This document shows, piece by piece, positions 63,141-64,000 of a DNA stretch of 64,000 nucleotides. The stretch covers positions 23,498,001 through 23,562,000 of the forward strand of contig OY740802.1 of assembly GCA_963514005.1 (NCBI GenBank). The letters are read 5' to 3'. The translations under genes and the position numbers were made by a program. The notes under the pieces were generated by a model. It searched no databases, was not told where the DNA came from, and was given only the letters and a program-made list of their open reading frames with translations. The number at the start of each line of letters is the position of its first letter. Position 1 is the first letter of the stretch. The stretch comes from Raja brachyura (Eukaryota).

Positions 63141-63792
63141 TGTCCATTTCCTATTTTCTAGCTTTCAGCATCTTTTAACCTTTATGGAAATCTTTAATCA
63201 ATTGAGATCAATAGATTTGTCCAATAAGCTCTATACTCCAGAACTATGTCCGAGTATACTACCCAACCAATATTAAACAGGTTTGGCTTAAAATTAACGT
63301 CCCAGAATTGTTTTTCCCTTTCATCGTTGCTTTGTTTTATTGGGCTCCCTGGATTACACAAGACTGGATTTACGGAAATTGGATTTTATGCAAATTCTCC
63401 CATAGAACTGCAACCAAACAATGTTTCTGTGAATACTAACTTGTCATTACTTGATCATGGATGTTTGTCCATAATCTTCCAACTTCAAAGTAGCTTTGAT
63501 TAATTTCTGTCAAAAGTATCTGTACCGGCACATCCAAATGGCTTAATTAAAAATAAATATCTTGCAAGAATTTTCTTGCCTCTGCCCGGTGCTCTAGGCC
63601 TTTTATGACTATATCTAAAGCAATCGACTGCAAATGAGTGAGCATCTATTATTATTTCTGTCATTCATTTGTTTCCTCTTTACGGAAACACTGAAATTGT
63701 TTGTTTCCAATTCGCATTGAAATCATTTGCAGTAATATCTCAGGAACAAAACCTTTGCATAACCCACAAATTGCTGCTTTACATTTCTCTTG

Positions 63793-64000
63793 GGCAGAGT
63801 GGCACAGCAGACACTGCTACTCCTTTACAGTCCAGTAGCTTGTGTTTCATTCTGGATCGAATTTCCATTTTCTCCCTGTGACCTCGTACTTACAATACGA
63901 TACGATACGATATGATACGATGGAACTTTATTTATCCCAGGAGGGAAATTGATCTGCCAGCCGTCATAAAATACAAGATACATGAAACATGGAATTAAAG
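63793..64000. mobile_element. SINE head remnant (+), then a Rex-type 3' end (-) with (TACGA)n repeat
   Basis: gggcagagtggcacag...; tacgatacgatacga...actttatttatcccaggagggaaatt. Confidence 0.6.

Noticed and set aside
1-64000. Most short ORFs in the six-frame track as host genes
   Set aside because: They are antisense or off-frame readings of repeats or random ORFs; no consistent exon chain is visible.

Overview
This is eukaryotic, AT-rich, repeat-dense vertebrate DNA, not a prokaryotic locus. The mix of HE1/V-type tRNA SINEs, CR1 LINEs, Rex1/Babar LINEs and Penelope-like elements suggests a cartilaginous fish such as a skate or ray (inference). I find no confident host protein-coding gene, rRNA, tRNA or CRISPR array, so the window looks intergenic or intronic. 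Recognisable elements are: a 5'-truncated DIRS1-like retrotransposon (2167-5306; RT, RNase H, methyltransferase-like and tyrosine recombinase domains, with its ICR/ITR end); a full-length but inactivated Tc1 transposon (12015-13613); a rearranged L1 3' fragment; a 1053-bp TIR element with a 7-bp flanking duplication; a Harbinger MITE; fossil Harbinger, RTE and L2 remnants; and many Penelope pieces carrying minimal hammerhead ribozyme motifs. The best leads are: (1) a non-autonomous Helitron (35084-36142) that appears to carry a captured coding exon with its splice donor; (2) a CpG-rich retroposon family whose copies share a body but end in different LINE tails (L2-like vs Rex-like); (3) fold-back hammerhead-bearing Penelope cassettes; and (4) a small CpG-rich cluster of IRF, E-box and ETS motifs near 40.4-40.55 kb. 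Family names come from motif recognition by eye and were not checked against any database. Coordinates of degraded repeats are approximate.
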